A stretch of 63,977 nt of DNA, filler included, from Octopus bimaculoides (Eukaryota): NCBI RefSeq assembly GCF_001194135.2. It is 7 parts of 7 records of this genome, joined end to end, with 100 filler letters (N's around TTAATTAATTAA, not from the genome) between each part and the next. Parts side by side here need not be neighbours in the genome. Positions count along the whole stretch, not along the records: positions 45,668 to 53,904 come from NC_068990.1; positions 54,005 to 62,493 come from NC_068986.1; positions 62,594 to 63,977 come from NC_068985.1; 4 more parts are not named here. One strand, written 5' to 3'. Every line of letters begins with the position of its first letter. The first letter of the stretch is position 1. Under the pieces are notes generated by a model. That model did no database searches and was not told the origin of the DNA. It was given only the letters and a program-made list of their open reading frames with translations. The position numbers and the translations under genes are program-made. Shown in pieces: positions 50,745 through 62,655 of this stretch.

Positions 50745-51679
50745 CAACCTTTTCCTTGTTAACAAATCAATAAATTTTCTACTTTATTAAAAATCATTTA
50801 ATGTTTTAAAGTTAAATTATTCTTATATATAACTACTCATCTCTCTCTCTCTCTCTCTCTCTCTTCGTCACTCACTCCAGGAGACAGAAGTTCTGTGAAA
50901 AGAAAAGCTCACACAGAAAGGCACGATGTTTTACTCACGCACAGGACTGTGTGTCAGTTAAAAATTTATAATGGATTGGTTAGTGCTAAATGAGAAGAGG
51001 TGAATTGTACTGTCAAACTCGTGTATATGATAACTGGAGGCATGCGATGTCTTAGAGTGGGGAGAGTAGTCTCTCCAGAAAGTCTGGTGCCGAATCTATT
51101 AGGAAGTTCTGATCTAAATTTAACAGGAAAAGCTCCAACCATGTGAACTTACCAAATGCCAAACAACCGTATATTATGAAGACCCTGGTTCCACGCATGT
51201 GGAAGCATATATGGGATTTATGCTTATGTCCACAATGAAAACCAAGATATGAATCCGTTCTGTTACAGATAATACTACAGCCTCCACGACACCATCGGCA
51301 ATACTAACAGTAAAAAAAAAAGAAATGCAGTAACCAGAGCAACAATAAACAACAGCAGCAGTAACAACCACAACAGCAACCGGCATCCAAAGATGCCAGT
51401 AGATCGAAGAGTTGTATCAGCAACAACGAGTATCCTCCTTCAAAAGGCAACGTCGACACAACTATATATGCATCGACCTCTCTTTCTGCTCATCCTCCTG
51501 ATTTTTCGATTCTTCTGAAGTCTCTGAAGAGGAGAACGAGGTTGAATCTTGTCAAACCATAGTCGTGAGTACAGGTAGATGTCTGATACAAATTAGTATG
51601 AAATTTTGATGGGAAGTTTTAAATCTAGATTACTTGGAAACAAAAGGTTCATAAAACCAGCGGCCGCTTCAAAGGGGTG

Positions 51680-52070
51680 CAAAAGATGTAGAACTAAAGG
51701 ATAAATTAAGAATATATTTGTCAGAAATAAAGAGCGATTATGCAGTTTGCAAGCCAAATCAACGATTGAAAGTGGATATTTACTCTAAGATTATCACCAT
51801 CATTTAATCGAGCTTCTTCGGACAAAATATTTATGTTGTATTTGGCCCTGTATTTGATTTTGTTAACTCTGAGCCTGAGTCAAAACTACAACAGAACGCG
51901 ATCCTTGTTTGACTGAGCGACGATTTTTCTGAAGTTGATGCGCGTCATAGAATGTCTTTCGATTGCTAATTCCTCGTCTGTGGTCGCAAGTCCTATAAAT
52001 GATTGCAATATTAGTCTGGTCAATATGACAGATTTCGCTGCACGTAGAATTTCGGACCAAGGAATATCTC
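51680..52070 (-). pseudogene. Possible very old pogo/Tc5-like DDE transposase remnant
   Basis: Minus-strand HIDQTNI (N.DQT-like), QIQGQ and FAPL* loosely echo DDE_1 motifs. Heavily decayed. Confidence 0.3.
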
Positions 52071-53171
52071 TCCCTGTTTTGTTTTTTTTTTGTTTTGTTT
52101 TTGTTTGTATTGTAATTTTTTTCTTGGTCGATACGAAATCTATCGAAATTGCGCATATGGTGAAGCACAAAAAAATATTATTGCCTGTCTTTTTGAAAAT
52201 GGAGCTTCTGTACTTGTGTACTTGAACACAACGTACAAAAATTTAGTTTCTTTGACATCAAAAACCCTTTAATTTTGATGTTATATAAAAACCGAAACAA
52301 CATCGTTTTGACAAAACCTAAAATGAAGTTGCTTTGAATTAGAATCCTATAAAATTCACTCTATTAATCTTATTTATGTATTATTTTATGCCAGCGTATT
52401 TTGGCTTTCATTTCCTATTTCTCTTTTGCTAAATTCTTGTGAAAATTTAGAAATGATCCATAATACTTGTCCACATTTATTTTATTATTTTTGGCCATTT
52501 CTTCTCTTGTTATTTTAAAAACAAAATGCAGAAATCAGTTGGATTATGACAGAAGCATCTAAGTCGATCTGATTGTCATTACAAAAAGAAGTTCTAATTT
52601 GATGTTGTTATATCGAAATTGAAGTGACATTATTTTTCATAAACTTGAAGAGGAGATATTTTTTATTTGTAATGAACTACAGTTCTTCGTTTGATTGTTA
52701 TTATTTTTTATTAATGTTATTTGTCTGATATTCATATGACAACATGCTTGACTTTATATTTATTTATTGATTGATATTATTTAGTGGTATTTATTGATCC
52801 AATAAATATTTTTTTAACGTGAATTTTTGTATACCTTATAAAAGAATTTTAAGAGCAATTAACGTTTTTTTTTTTTTTGTTCACTTTGAATTCTGGGGGC
52901 GATTTCATTTTATTCAAGTGGATTTTAAGAACATCTAAACAAAAAAAAATTTAATAAATGAAAGAAAGCAAGGCCTACATGATTGCTTCAACCGCTAGAG
53001 ACAGCAGCCAGTTCCATCGAACTGGAATATATCGTCCACAAAAAGGAAGGACATACTGGACAATGTAGTCCACTGTCTGTGGAAAGAAAAGACAGGATGG
53101 TCGCAGAATACCTAGAATACAGGTGCGGTGGCGGCGACAATGACGACGACAACGCTGACGACAACAGAAAT

Positions 53172-53466
53172 TGGCCCTCCGTCGGTTACGACAAGGATTC
53201 CAGGTGATCGTGAAATTAACGTGCAAGTGGCTGAGCACTCCACATACAATGGTACTCTTAACATAGTTCTCAAGGAAATTCAGCGCAACACTGAATGTGA
53301 CAAGGCTGGCCCTTTGAAATGCAGGTTCTACTCATTTTTGCCAGCCGAGTGGACTGGAGCAACGTGAAATAAAGTGCCTTGCTCATGGACACAACGCACA
53401 GGCGTGAATCGAACTCATGACCTTACGAGCGTGAGACGAACACCGTAACCACTAAGTCACGCACCT
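53172..53466 (-). mobile_element. Chimeric SINE: different tRNA/CORE-like head joined to the family C 3' half
   Basis: Head GACTTAGTGGTTACGG..GAGTTCGATTC..GAGCAAGGCACTTTATTTCAC, then TTTCAAAGGGCCAGCCTTGTCACA...GTGCTCAGCCACTTGCACGTTAATTTCACG as in 16099 and 43758. Confidence 0.85.
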
Positions 53467-53661
53467 ACACTCTGACGGCTACAGTTATGTCTTTGAATGA
53501 AATCTTTGAATAAAGGCTTGATAATCAAGGCTTTTTCAACAGTACAATAACAATCAGTATGTGTCAAAGAAAGTGTGCGGTTAGTAATCTCTCGGTTACG
53601 TACGTACTCGGTTAAGTACGCAGCCGGTGAAGTACGCACCCGTTTAAGTACGCATCCCAGA

Positions 53662-53875
53662 TTACTCTTTTATTCTTTTATTCTTTTATACAAGCTTCAG
53701 TCATTTGACTGCGGCCATGCTGGGGCGCCGCTTTTAGTCGAGTAAATCGACCCCAGGACTTAGTCTTTGTAAGCCTAGTACTTATTCTATCGGGTATTTT
53801 TGCCGAACCGCTAAGTTACGGGGACGTAAACACACTAGCATCGGTTATCAAGCGATGTTGTGGGAGATAAACACA
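53662..53875 (-). mobile_element. SINE family B, 3' half with (ATAAAAGA) tail
   Basis: Reverse complement of CCCCGTAACTTAGCGGTTCGGCAAAAA...CCAGCATGGCCGCAGTCAAATGACTGAA. Confidence 0.9.
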
Positions 53876-54004
53876 CACACGCTCACACACACACGCTCAC
53901 ACACNNNNNNNNNNNNNNNNNNNNNNNNNNNNNNNNNNNNNNNNNNNNTTAATTAATTAANNNNNNNNNNNNNNNNNNNNNNNNNNNNNNNNNNNNNNNN
54001 NNNN

Positions 54005-54813
54005 CTTTACTGAGGAAGGGTGGATTTCCTCCGCGACCGGGAGATCCGCCTCCTTCCCTCATCCCTAGTATCTCTAGGTGAGCACCCATTGTTGCTCACA
54101 TTCTTCCTTTTGCGGCCCTTCTTTGAGGAGTCCTCCCCCTCCTCGACCACCTCCGTTCCCTCTTCTACAGAGGTCTCAACCAGCTGCTCCAGGACCTTGC
54201 TTTGGCCCTGGGGTTAGTTCTTTTTCATATGGTCAGGTTCCAAACACCGGCGACACTGGGGGGGGGGGAGGCGACCCTCAAGAATCACCGGGTACCTGCT
54301 CCCAACCATAGTTTAAATGTCTGGAGAGACTAACTCCTTTACTGATTGGGTCCATAGGGTCAAAATAACTTTTGACCCGAACCAATCAGCCACTGGTAAT
54401 AATTTAACATTAAGGAGCTTGGGGCTGCTGCCACCCAAACACCGGCGGATAGTGTCCTCTATCTAGCCTGGTTTTAAATTCGATGGCAACCCCCAAACCC
54501 AAGCCTGCGTCAGTTTCCTCCCACAATACCAGGGAAAACACAAAATTTTATTGCTGTCCAGGGGCTGGCTCACAAAAACATGAGTCTCCTCCGGGGTGTC
54601 AAATAGCAACCAAATCGTTGCATATCCGACACCCCAGGCAATAAACTTCTCAGATGGTAGATAGTCCTTCAACACTTCTATTACTTCTTTGGAGAACACG
54701 GCGATGGCGTCGAGAACCTTCGAATATGTCTCAACACCGCTCTTCTCCCCTTGCTGTTTAATCCACTCTTTGGGTGGGATAATCTCCCACTCGAAAACAT
54801 TCTTTTTCGCCAT
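54005..54813 (-). pseudogene. Non-LTR retrotransposon ORF1 (gag-like, CCHC knuckle; L1/Tx1-type suspected), disrupted
   Basis: MAKKNVF...LKPG* reads through the stop into IEDTIRRCLGG...PDI*, then YPVILEGRLP. A frameshift in a G12 run leads to C-RR-C-LEPD-H-MKKN-* (54255-54214) and an E/K/R-rich tail. Confidence 0.7.
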
Positions 54814-54864
54814 GCTCTTTTTTAAAAAAACGTTCTCTTAATAGTTCAATAAAAATTATGGAAA

Positions 54865-55602
54865 CGGGGACACAGTAGCAGGAACAAAATATAATTTACC
54901 ATTAAATGGTAAATACACAACGAAGAAAATGTTTTTACAGCAGCAAAACAAATTCCACATTTTATGGCGGCAGACTAAAATAATTCACTTAAAAGTGAAC
55001 AATTTTTTTTTCCAACTGTAGGCAGACCAGAGTCCAGAAACAAGTGTGGATTTCTTGTTTGTACAAAAAATAATACAGCAAACAACAAACCCCTACTGGA
55101 TCCAAAAAAAAAAAAAGCTTTANNNNNNNNNNNNNNNNNNNNNNNNNNNNNNNNNNNNNNNNNNNNNNNNNNNNNNNNNNNNNNNNNNNNNNNNNNNNNN
55201 NNNNNNNNNNNNNNNNNNNNNNNNNNNNNNNNNNNNNNNNNNNNNNNNNNNNNNNNNNNNNNNNNNNNNNNNNNNNNNNNNNNNATTCCAGCCAACCGGT
55301 TCTCCTGGCCGTTGTAGTTTCCAAAGAAGGTACTCCAATTGAATCGGGGACACAGTAGCAGGAACAAAATATAATTTACCATTAAATGGTAAATACACAA
55401 CGAAGAAAATGTTTTTACAGCAGCAAAACAAATTCCACATTTTATGGCGGCAGACTAAAATAATTCACTTAAAAGTGAACAATTTTTTTTTCCAACTGTA
55501 GGCAGACCAGAGTCCAGAAACAAGTGTGGATTTCTTGTTTGTACAAAAAATAATACAGCAAACAACAAACCCCTACTGGATCCAAAAAAAAAAAAAGCTT
55601 TA
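54865..55602. repeat. 258-bp exact direct duplication across a gap (54865-55122 = 55345-55602)
   Basis: Identical text CGGGGACACAGTAGCAGG...AAAAGCTTTA. The left flanks differ. Confidence 0.9.
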
Positions 55603-57151
55603 TCTTACCGCTGAGCTTCTTTGTCAATCAATATTGCTGTACACCAGCGTGGTGACTTCTGCAGTGTACGAACAGCAATGACACAACCGGAAACGGAAGT
55701 AAGCTTCTTTATTTCATCAAATTTGCAATAAAGGCATTACAAAGATAGAAGCAAATGCAGGCTACACAACAACACAAATGAAATGAATGATGAGCAAAAT
55801 AATGATATTGATGAAAGAAGCAAACGACGCCCGCAGATCGATGCCCCTCGAGAACACTGTTCTTTTTTTATTGTTTTTAAACACAAATGAGGTAATAAAC
55901 CTCTTACAGTAATCAAAAAGTTCTAAAACAATCGAGTGGGTGGATCCTCTGCCGCCATATACCGTGGAATTTTTGTAAGCTACCAGGTGTATACCATACG
56001 GTTTATTATCTTATATATATATATGTGTGTGTGTGTGTATGTGTGTGAATGTCTGTGTGTGCATGAGTATATGCATGTGAATTTTTATGCACGTATGTAG
56101 TAGTGTATTATATCAGTTTCTGAGGAGTGTAGTGCTAAACACAAGTTAGTAAAGTTCACAAATTCGGGTAACTACATATTACGTGTAACGACAAGAACAC
56201 TGGCGTTTGAAGCAACACCCTTTACTGCAGAGACAAAATATGATTTTCCATTCTTAGTGCTACATGAAACATCTGCTTAATGATTTCTCTAACACGAACT
56301 AACAAGATTCTTGTATCCCCAAGGTATATGATCTTAAAGACTTATAGATAGTAGACAAGAAATGGATACGTCTTTGTTCTCTAAACTTTAGAAGACACCA
56401 GCTGCGTTACATTGTAAATTTAAGATTTATGGCTCAAGTTAGATCTTATTTTAGTAATGAGATTTAAGTGACATTTTTAACGCTGTCGTTTAATTCTCGA
56501 ACATGTTTTCGTGGCTAGACTGTGACCCTGAATGGGGAGGGAGTTCAAGTGTTTTTCGGTTGAATATCTCGAAATAATTCTCTGTCTGTTATTTGGGCCA
56601 ATATATACCGGCCAATGAAAAAAGCGAAAGCCAAAGTCTGGCAAGTGTAAAAAGAGCAAACGAATTTCTGTTACTTTTGGAGATTCATATACGCATATAC
56701 ATACAATCACACCTCTTCGCGTGTTTATACTAAAAAATAAACACAAAAAGCAGCGATGATCTAAAAAGATGCTATAAAAATATGTACACATATTTTCAGT
56801 ACCTTATCGTGCAGAAAACATGAAAAGAAGCACCGAGTATGGGAATATGACTGAAAAATTCCTCTCTACAGACTTTGTGCGTACAAAAACATCAAATGAA
56901 GCTTCAAATTACATCTAGAAACTATCCCGACACGGTACTTCGGCTTGATTGCTCCTCCTCAGTCGCAGATACCGCCACAGGCATTTGGAGCGGTACAAAA
57001 AGTTAAACTACATAGTTATATTAGTTATATTTTTATTACTGTTTGTATTAATGCATGCTATTCTACATATCTGTATCTCCATCAGTCTCAATATATGCTT
57101 GTACTTAGGTAGCTTACTCATGCACTTTCCGTTGCATATAGTTAAACTGAC

Positions 57152-57247
<96 letters not shown>

Positions 57248-57264
57248 TTATCTATCCATGTGTG

Positions 57265-57455
57265 CGTGTTTCCGCCCATCGCCACTTCACAAACGGTGTT
57301 TGTGTGTTTCCCTCCCTGGACAAAAGAGACCGATAGAATAATTATCAGGGTTAAAAAATATACTGGAGTCGATTCATTTCACTAAAAATTCAAGTTTGTG
57401 CCACAGCATGGCTGCAGTCTAATGACTGAATGAATTAACAGATAAAAGATAAAAA
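57265..57455 (+). mobile_element. SINE family B, degenerate 3' half
   Basis: AAAAGAGACCGATAGAATAA...GAGTCGATTCATT...CAGCATGGCTGCAGTCTAATGACTGAA. Confidence 0.75.
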
Positions 57456-58644
57456 CTATGTATAAACTGCTGGCTTTGAAATTAATATTTTGTATAAACA
57501 TGGGTACTGAAATGCTTATTAAAGAAAATAGAAACACTTTTCATCTGCAGGCCACAAACTGAAAGTGTTATTTTTTAACATTGTGAGTTGAAACAAAGCC
57601 TTGTGAGTGAACTGTAGTTGCCGGAAACTCTGAGAAAGATACACTAAAATTGCGAAAGGGCTAATGAAAATGGATAATAAGCGAACGTCCAGTTCTGAGG
57701 CAGTTCTTGTCATGTACATAACACCGTGTTCGAATAGCTATGACAGGTAACTTTCAAAATATCAATTATTCCTGCGGGTATGATTTAAATCAACATATCG
57801 GTAATGGCTCACCAGCCACCGTAAAATGTTCGCTGTTCACGTGCTAGTGTGCAACTAAGTGCCAGTTTTGAAATTGATATTTTCATTTATTCTCATATAA
57901 TATCATGGACTTTGTAGTGTTTTATAAATAGCTCACATGTTATTGTAGATGACATTTAAATGAGCTTTCTGTTAAGCTAATATACGAGTCTTGGTGCTTT
58001 GATACTTGAGGAAGTTACTCATTCAATATCAAAGCAATATAACCCAATGCCATAATATATATTGTCATCTACTTTTTCCGTGTGTATTGCTATGAAGGCT
58101 TCCGCTGTCATGCAACAAAATCGTATGTTTTATAGAAAGGGTGTAGAATAATTGGCATTTATGTGGCTTCCTTTGAAGGATTTGATTTTCTTATATTGTT
58201 GTTGGTGGCTGTTTTATGAGGTTAGTTATATTTAGGTAAATATACCAGCACAAAATCCATTTAAGATATTTCACACTCAAAGAACTTTTGGCAACAGAAA
58301 GGTATGTGGTAGTCAAAAGACGTACTCAAATTTAGCATAGACATACCAATTCCATATAAAAATAGTTAAACATAGGATTGTTTATGCTTCAGAAATATCA
58401 CATCACAAATAAACCTTCACCAAAAACAAAGGAAGACGCAGAACTAATGTTGACTTGAACGTACTTTATCAAAATATTTGCTCACCATTCGAACCAACGA
58501 TCACAGAGCTGATGGTATCAATGATTACTTGACACTGCAACATCCTGTTTTCTACTGCTAGTTACATCGGCGTCTATTGGAGAACAGTGTCATCAAGTCC
58601 CTGGATGAGAGCATGAAAATATGGTACAGAGGAGGCTACTTCCA

Positions 58645-58679
<35 letters not shown>

Positions 58680-58746
58680 TACTCAAGTTATATGCATATA
58701 TATGAAATATATTTAAATATATTTTTATATATACGTTATATATACA

Positions 58747-59917
58747 CAGTCATGACAGAAGTGAATAGATACCCTTATAATTGTTAAAATTTATTCAAAT
58801 CTGAAATTATACATTCAAATTATATATTGATTATTATAACGTGAATATCTAATATTTCGTAGGCATGCCATTTGCATTTTTCAATGCAAAAACCCTATTA
58901 GGCATGCCACTGATCAAATGACAAAATTTTCTTGCCAAGTTTCATGTAGTAATCTCAAAAGATCTGGCTTTGAGGATGCTTTCTTGTTCTTTGTACGAGG
59001 TGTCCTGTCCAATATGCCTCAGAGGTGTTCAATAAGATTCATATGTGGTGATTAGCTTGGCTTTGAAAGCTTCTTAATGCTTCCAACCAATCTTCTGTCT
59101 TTTGTGTGACAAGGCACCCCATCTTCCATAAATAAAGATTCTTCTTTAATCGTTTCGCCACTGCAGAAGAGACTGGGAGGAATACCTTCTGTAATATGGA
59201 CACATATTTATCTGAGTTTATCTTTCCCTCATATCCCACCAGCTCTTATCAACCATTACTCCAAATTGCTCCCCAGATCATCAAAGAATAGCCGCTGTGT
59301 TTCAGTGTTGTTTGCAATTTTTTCACATCAAATTCTTCACCACATTGTCTCCAGACCCACACTCGATGACTGTCAGAAAATACAGTAAATCTGGACTCAT
59401 CAGAGAATATGACAGTAGTCCAAAATGGTAGTGGCCTCTTCACCACCTCACTGACCCAATCTCTTCACCGTTTAATATTGGCTTGTCAAAGAAGTGGCTT
59501 CCTTCTTGCTGCTCTGTCATAGTAACCAAGTTTGTGGAGATACCTGACATATGTTTCGGGACTGACATCAACTTGTTCTACTATATCAGAGGTATTGCAA
59601 CGAGGATTATCCTCCACACTCTTCTTCATAAATCGAATGACCCTGTCAGAGGGCCCTGGTAAACCTCGGCGAAGTGATGTGGACGCCTTCCTTCTCTGGT
59701 GAATTACACAATCACTCTGTTAACTGTAGAAAGGTGGATCCGATGGTTTTCTGCGATTGTACGCTGGTGAAGTCCATCTTCAGATTGACTAACAATACGA
59801 CCTCTTTGTAATCCAGACAGTTCTACGGCTTCATTTACACGTGGCATGATTTAACAGTCTCATATAAGAACAGAACCATAAGAATGTCAGGCGTGTCTAT
59901 TTACTTCTGTCATGTTT

Positions 59918-59918
<1 letters not shown>
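58747..59918 (-). mobile_element. Tc1 (DD34E) transposon with both TIRs, inactivated
   Basis: TIRs CATGACAGAAGTGAATAGATACC and GTGTCTATTTACTTCTGTCATG. Motifs WTTVIFSDESRF, LMIWGAIW, MEDG..CHT, MNLIEHL*. Confidence 0.92.
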
Positions 59919-59963
<45 letters not shown>

Positions 59964-59968
<5 letters not shown>

Positions 59969-60360
59969 CGAACACACATACACAAGGTATGTGTGTTCTT
60001 AGTTTGTGAGTCGGCTTGGGTGTTTAGGCGTAACAGAATATATACTGTATGCACATGGTGTAAAACAAAAGACACCTGAAATTAAGTGCTAGTCAAGCGA
60101 GACAAGTTACATGTTACATAGGTCTCTTCTCAGAGGAATAGACATCGATGTTTCGTCATTGTTGTGACTTACCAATAATGCATACCGAAGAAGGCCCGCT
60201 GCAAGCCATATCGCCGATTCTGACGATATGCTAAATGGTTTAAACACCATCTGCTAGCAATCTCGAACATTTTATGCCGCAGAATAAATTTAAATATGAA
60301 TTCGAAGCAGCTCGAGGTATATAAATAAAATCGAACACACATACACGAAGTATGTGTGTT
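59964..60360 (-). mobile_element. 363-bp structured unit bounded by 34-bp direct repeats, containing a degenerate hammerhead (retrozyme/PLE-like)
   Basis: AAAATCGAACACACATACAC(AAG/GAA)GTATGTGTGTT at 59964 and 60327. Minus strand 60137-60178: TTGGTAA-GTCA-CAACAA-TGAC-GAAA-C-ATCGAT-G-TC. Confidence 0.55.
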
Positions 60361-60764
60361 TATATATATATATATATCTGAGTGTGTGCGTGTGTATTAC
60401 ACACATACAAGAATGCACACACATATAATGGAAAATATTTCGTAAACCTAACAGTCTATACAAAATGAATAGATATTCACTGTTTTACTCTGCAATAAAA
60501 GCCGAATGGTAATATCTAATTTCTGATTGCCGCTAGCAATTTAGTTTGAATGCGACAAGAGCAATCGGTAAAATACTATTTTTGTAATGTCAAAATACAA
60601 TTATATTGTATAAAGCTTTCACAAGGGAGAGAACTGCAGTTAGGCGAAACTTCCCTCAGTAACGGTATTTCCTCAAAGTATGCTACAATGTCGCTAAAAG
60701 AGGTTCTCGCTCCCAGATTGTGTCGAACTAACAATACAAATTTGAAAATTATATATATATATAT

Positions 60765-60998
60765 ATATATTATTTTGTTTAAAAGAGTTCCAACACTGTC
60801 TGTTTTTTATGTTTTATTTATATTCCTGCAGAACCAATGTGGGATATAGAATATGGAATATACAATATATAATATAATATAATATATCCCACATATATTG
60901 TATATTCCATATTCTATATCCCACATTGGTTCTGCAGGAATATAAATAAAACATAAAAAACAGACAGTGTTGGAACTCTTTTAAACAAAATAATATAT
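60765..60998. repeat. Perfect palindrome, arms of about 106 bp with a 22-nt spacer
   Basis: 60765-60870 is the reverse complement of 60893-60998. Same family as 6871 and 13950-14096. Confidence 0.92.
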
Positions 60999-61049
60999 TC
61001 CTCTATACACAATCATACAAACCCCCCCTTTTTTGTATTTATTTTTACT

Positions 61050-61091
<42 letters not shown>

Positions 61092-61131
61092 ATTTTCAAA
61101 TTGTATTGTTATATATATATATATATATATA

Positions 61132-62114
61132 CTAGCAGTAAAACCCGTCGTTGATCGGGTAATTACTTTTACTGTTCATCGGGAGCTCCATTGAAAGTAT
61201 TATTATATGTATAATTTACTTCTCTTGTATGCGTGTATTTTTAGAAGAGAATACAAGTAACAATTAAAGTAGAAGAAAGATCAATATCATACATGAACTT
61301 GTGTTTGTTTGTGATATGACAATAATAAGTGAGTTGTATATGTTATTTTATTTATCTATACAGTAATGGCAATGATATAATATTTTTATAATATGTAATA
61401 ACTGAAGTAGAAAAAAATCATTTTTATACATGAAATTCTGTTTGTTTATTAAATGATAATAATAAGGGAAATGCATGTGTTTTTTATTTATCAATACAGT
61501 AATGACAATTATATAAATTAGTTCATTGAAATACATATTTTATTCAGTCTTGAATGTAATGATAGTAATGGTAAATGAATTTATTGAAGTATTCATGCTG
61601 CATTAAGAATGAATATGTCTTTATGAACAATGCTTTTTGTTTTATTTCGGGGTACATAAGCCTTTATTACAAACAGTGAGAATATTTGGGTCAGTGAAAT
61701 TTGTGCCCAATTAATCTTCTACCATTGCATAATTTTGGTTGACACAAAATATGTAATAGCATAATTGGAGTCCCTCTTTTCAACTGAAAACTATGAGCTG
61801 TACCTGGTGGGCGTAGTGAGTTAAAGAATTCGATGGGGTAGTTGACACTATCCTGACCATCAACAACACTGCAAATGAGTTATAAGTAAAAACTTCTGGA
61901 TGTTTATTCAATAGCATATCATTAATTGTATGTAGAGGAATATTTTTTGGAGCCAGGATAGCTCTGTCACCGATGTAATCTATATTGTGGTAATTATGAA
62001 GAAGATTAGGAAAGGTTTCATACGTCAAATCCTCGACGGAATCAGTTGAATTATATATTGTATTGAGTGTAATAAACTGTTCTTCATCAATTGGAAGTCT
62101 CCTTTCACCGACAA

Positions 62115-62115
<1 letters not shown>
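61132..62115 (-). mobile_element. Helitron 3' portion with Pif1 helicase remnant
   Basis: 3' end hairpin ACCCG-ATCAACGA-CGGGT, then TTTACTGCTAG|T. Protein pieces [31 protein letters not shown] and GTPIMLL....LCNGRRL at about 61690-62110. Confidence 0.9.
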
Positions 62116-62168
<53 letters not shown>

Positions 62169-62454
62169 AAGAAAGAGAGGGAAAATAGACAGATAAAGAA
62201 GATAGAAAATCATAGAGAGAAGGTGTCTTGTTTTAGTTTCACTTTGCGGGACACACAAAGAGGCACAATCTCTTTGAAGTAGCATGGCAGAGAGACAGAC
62301 AGGCAGGCATACAAAGAATATTGAGGGGGAGGGAGAATAGAGGAGACATAGAAAGAAAGTCATAAAGAGATGGTGTCTGATTTTAGTTTAACTTCGTGGG
62401 ACAAACAGACAGAATCTCTCTTTTATATACATACATGCATACATATATATATAC

Positions 62455-62493
<39 letters not shown>

Positions 62494-62593
62494 NNNNNNN
62501 NNNNNNNNNNNNNNNNNNNNNNNNNNNNNNNNNNNNNTTAATTAATTAANNNNNNNNNNNNNNNNNNNNNNNNNNNNNNNNNNNNNNNNNNNN

Positions 62594-62649
<56 letters not shown>

Positions 62650-62655
62650 CTGAGA

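Noticed and set aside
51520-51575. CTGAAGA-GGAG...CAAAC-CATA-GTC hammerhead-like motif
   Set aside because: GAAA is altered, and stems I and II cannot be paired convincingly in this copy.
53590-53655. Three spaced AAGTACGCA repeats (CRISPR-like look)
   Set aside because: The period is about 19 nt with no 25-45-nt unique spacers, no cas genes, and a eukaryotic context. It is a short minisatellite.
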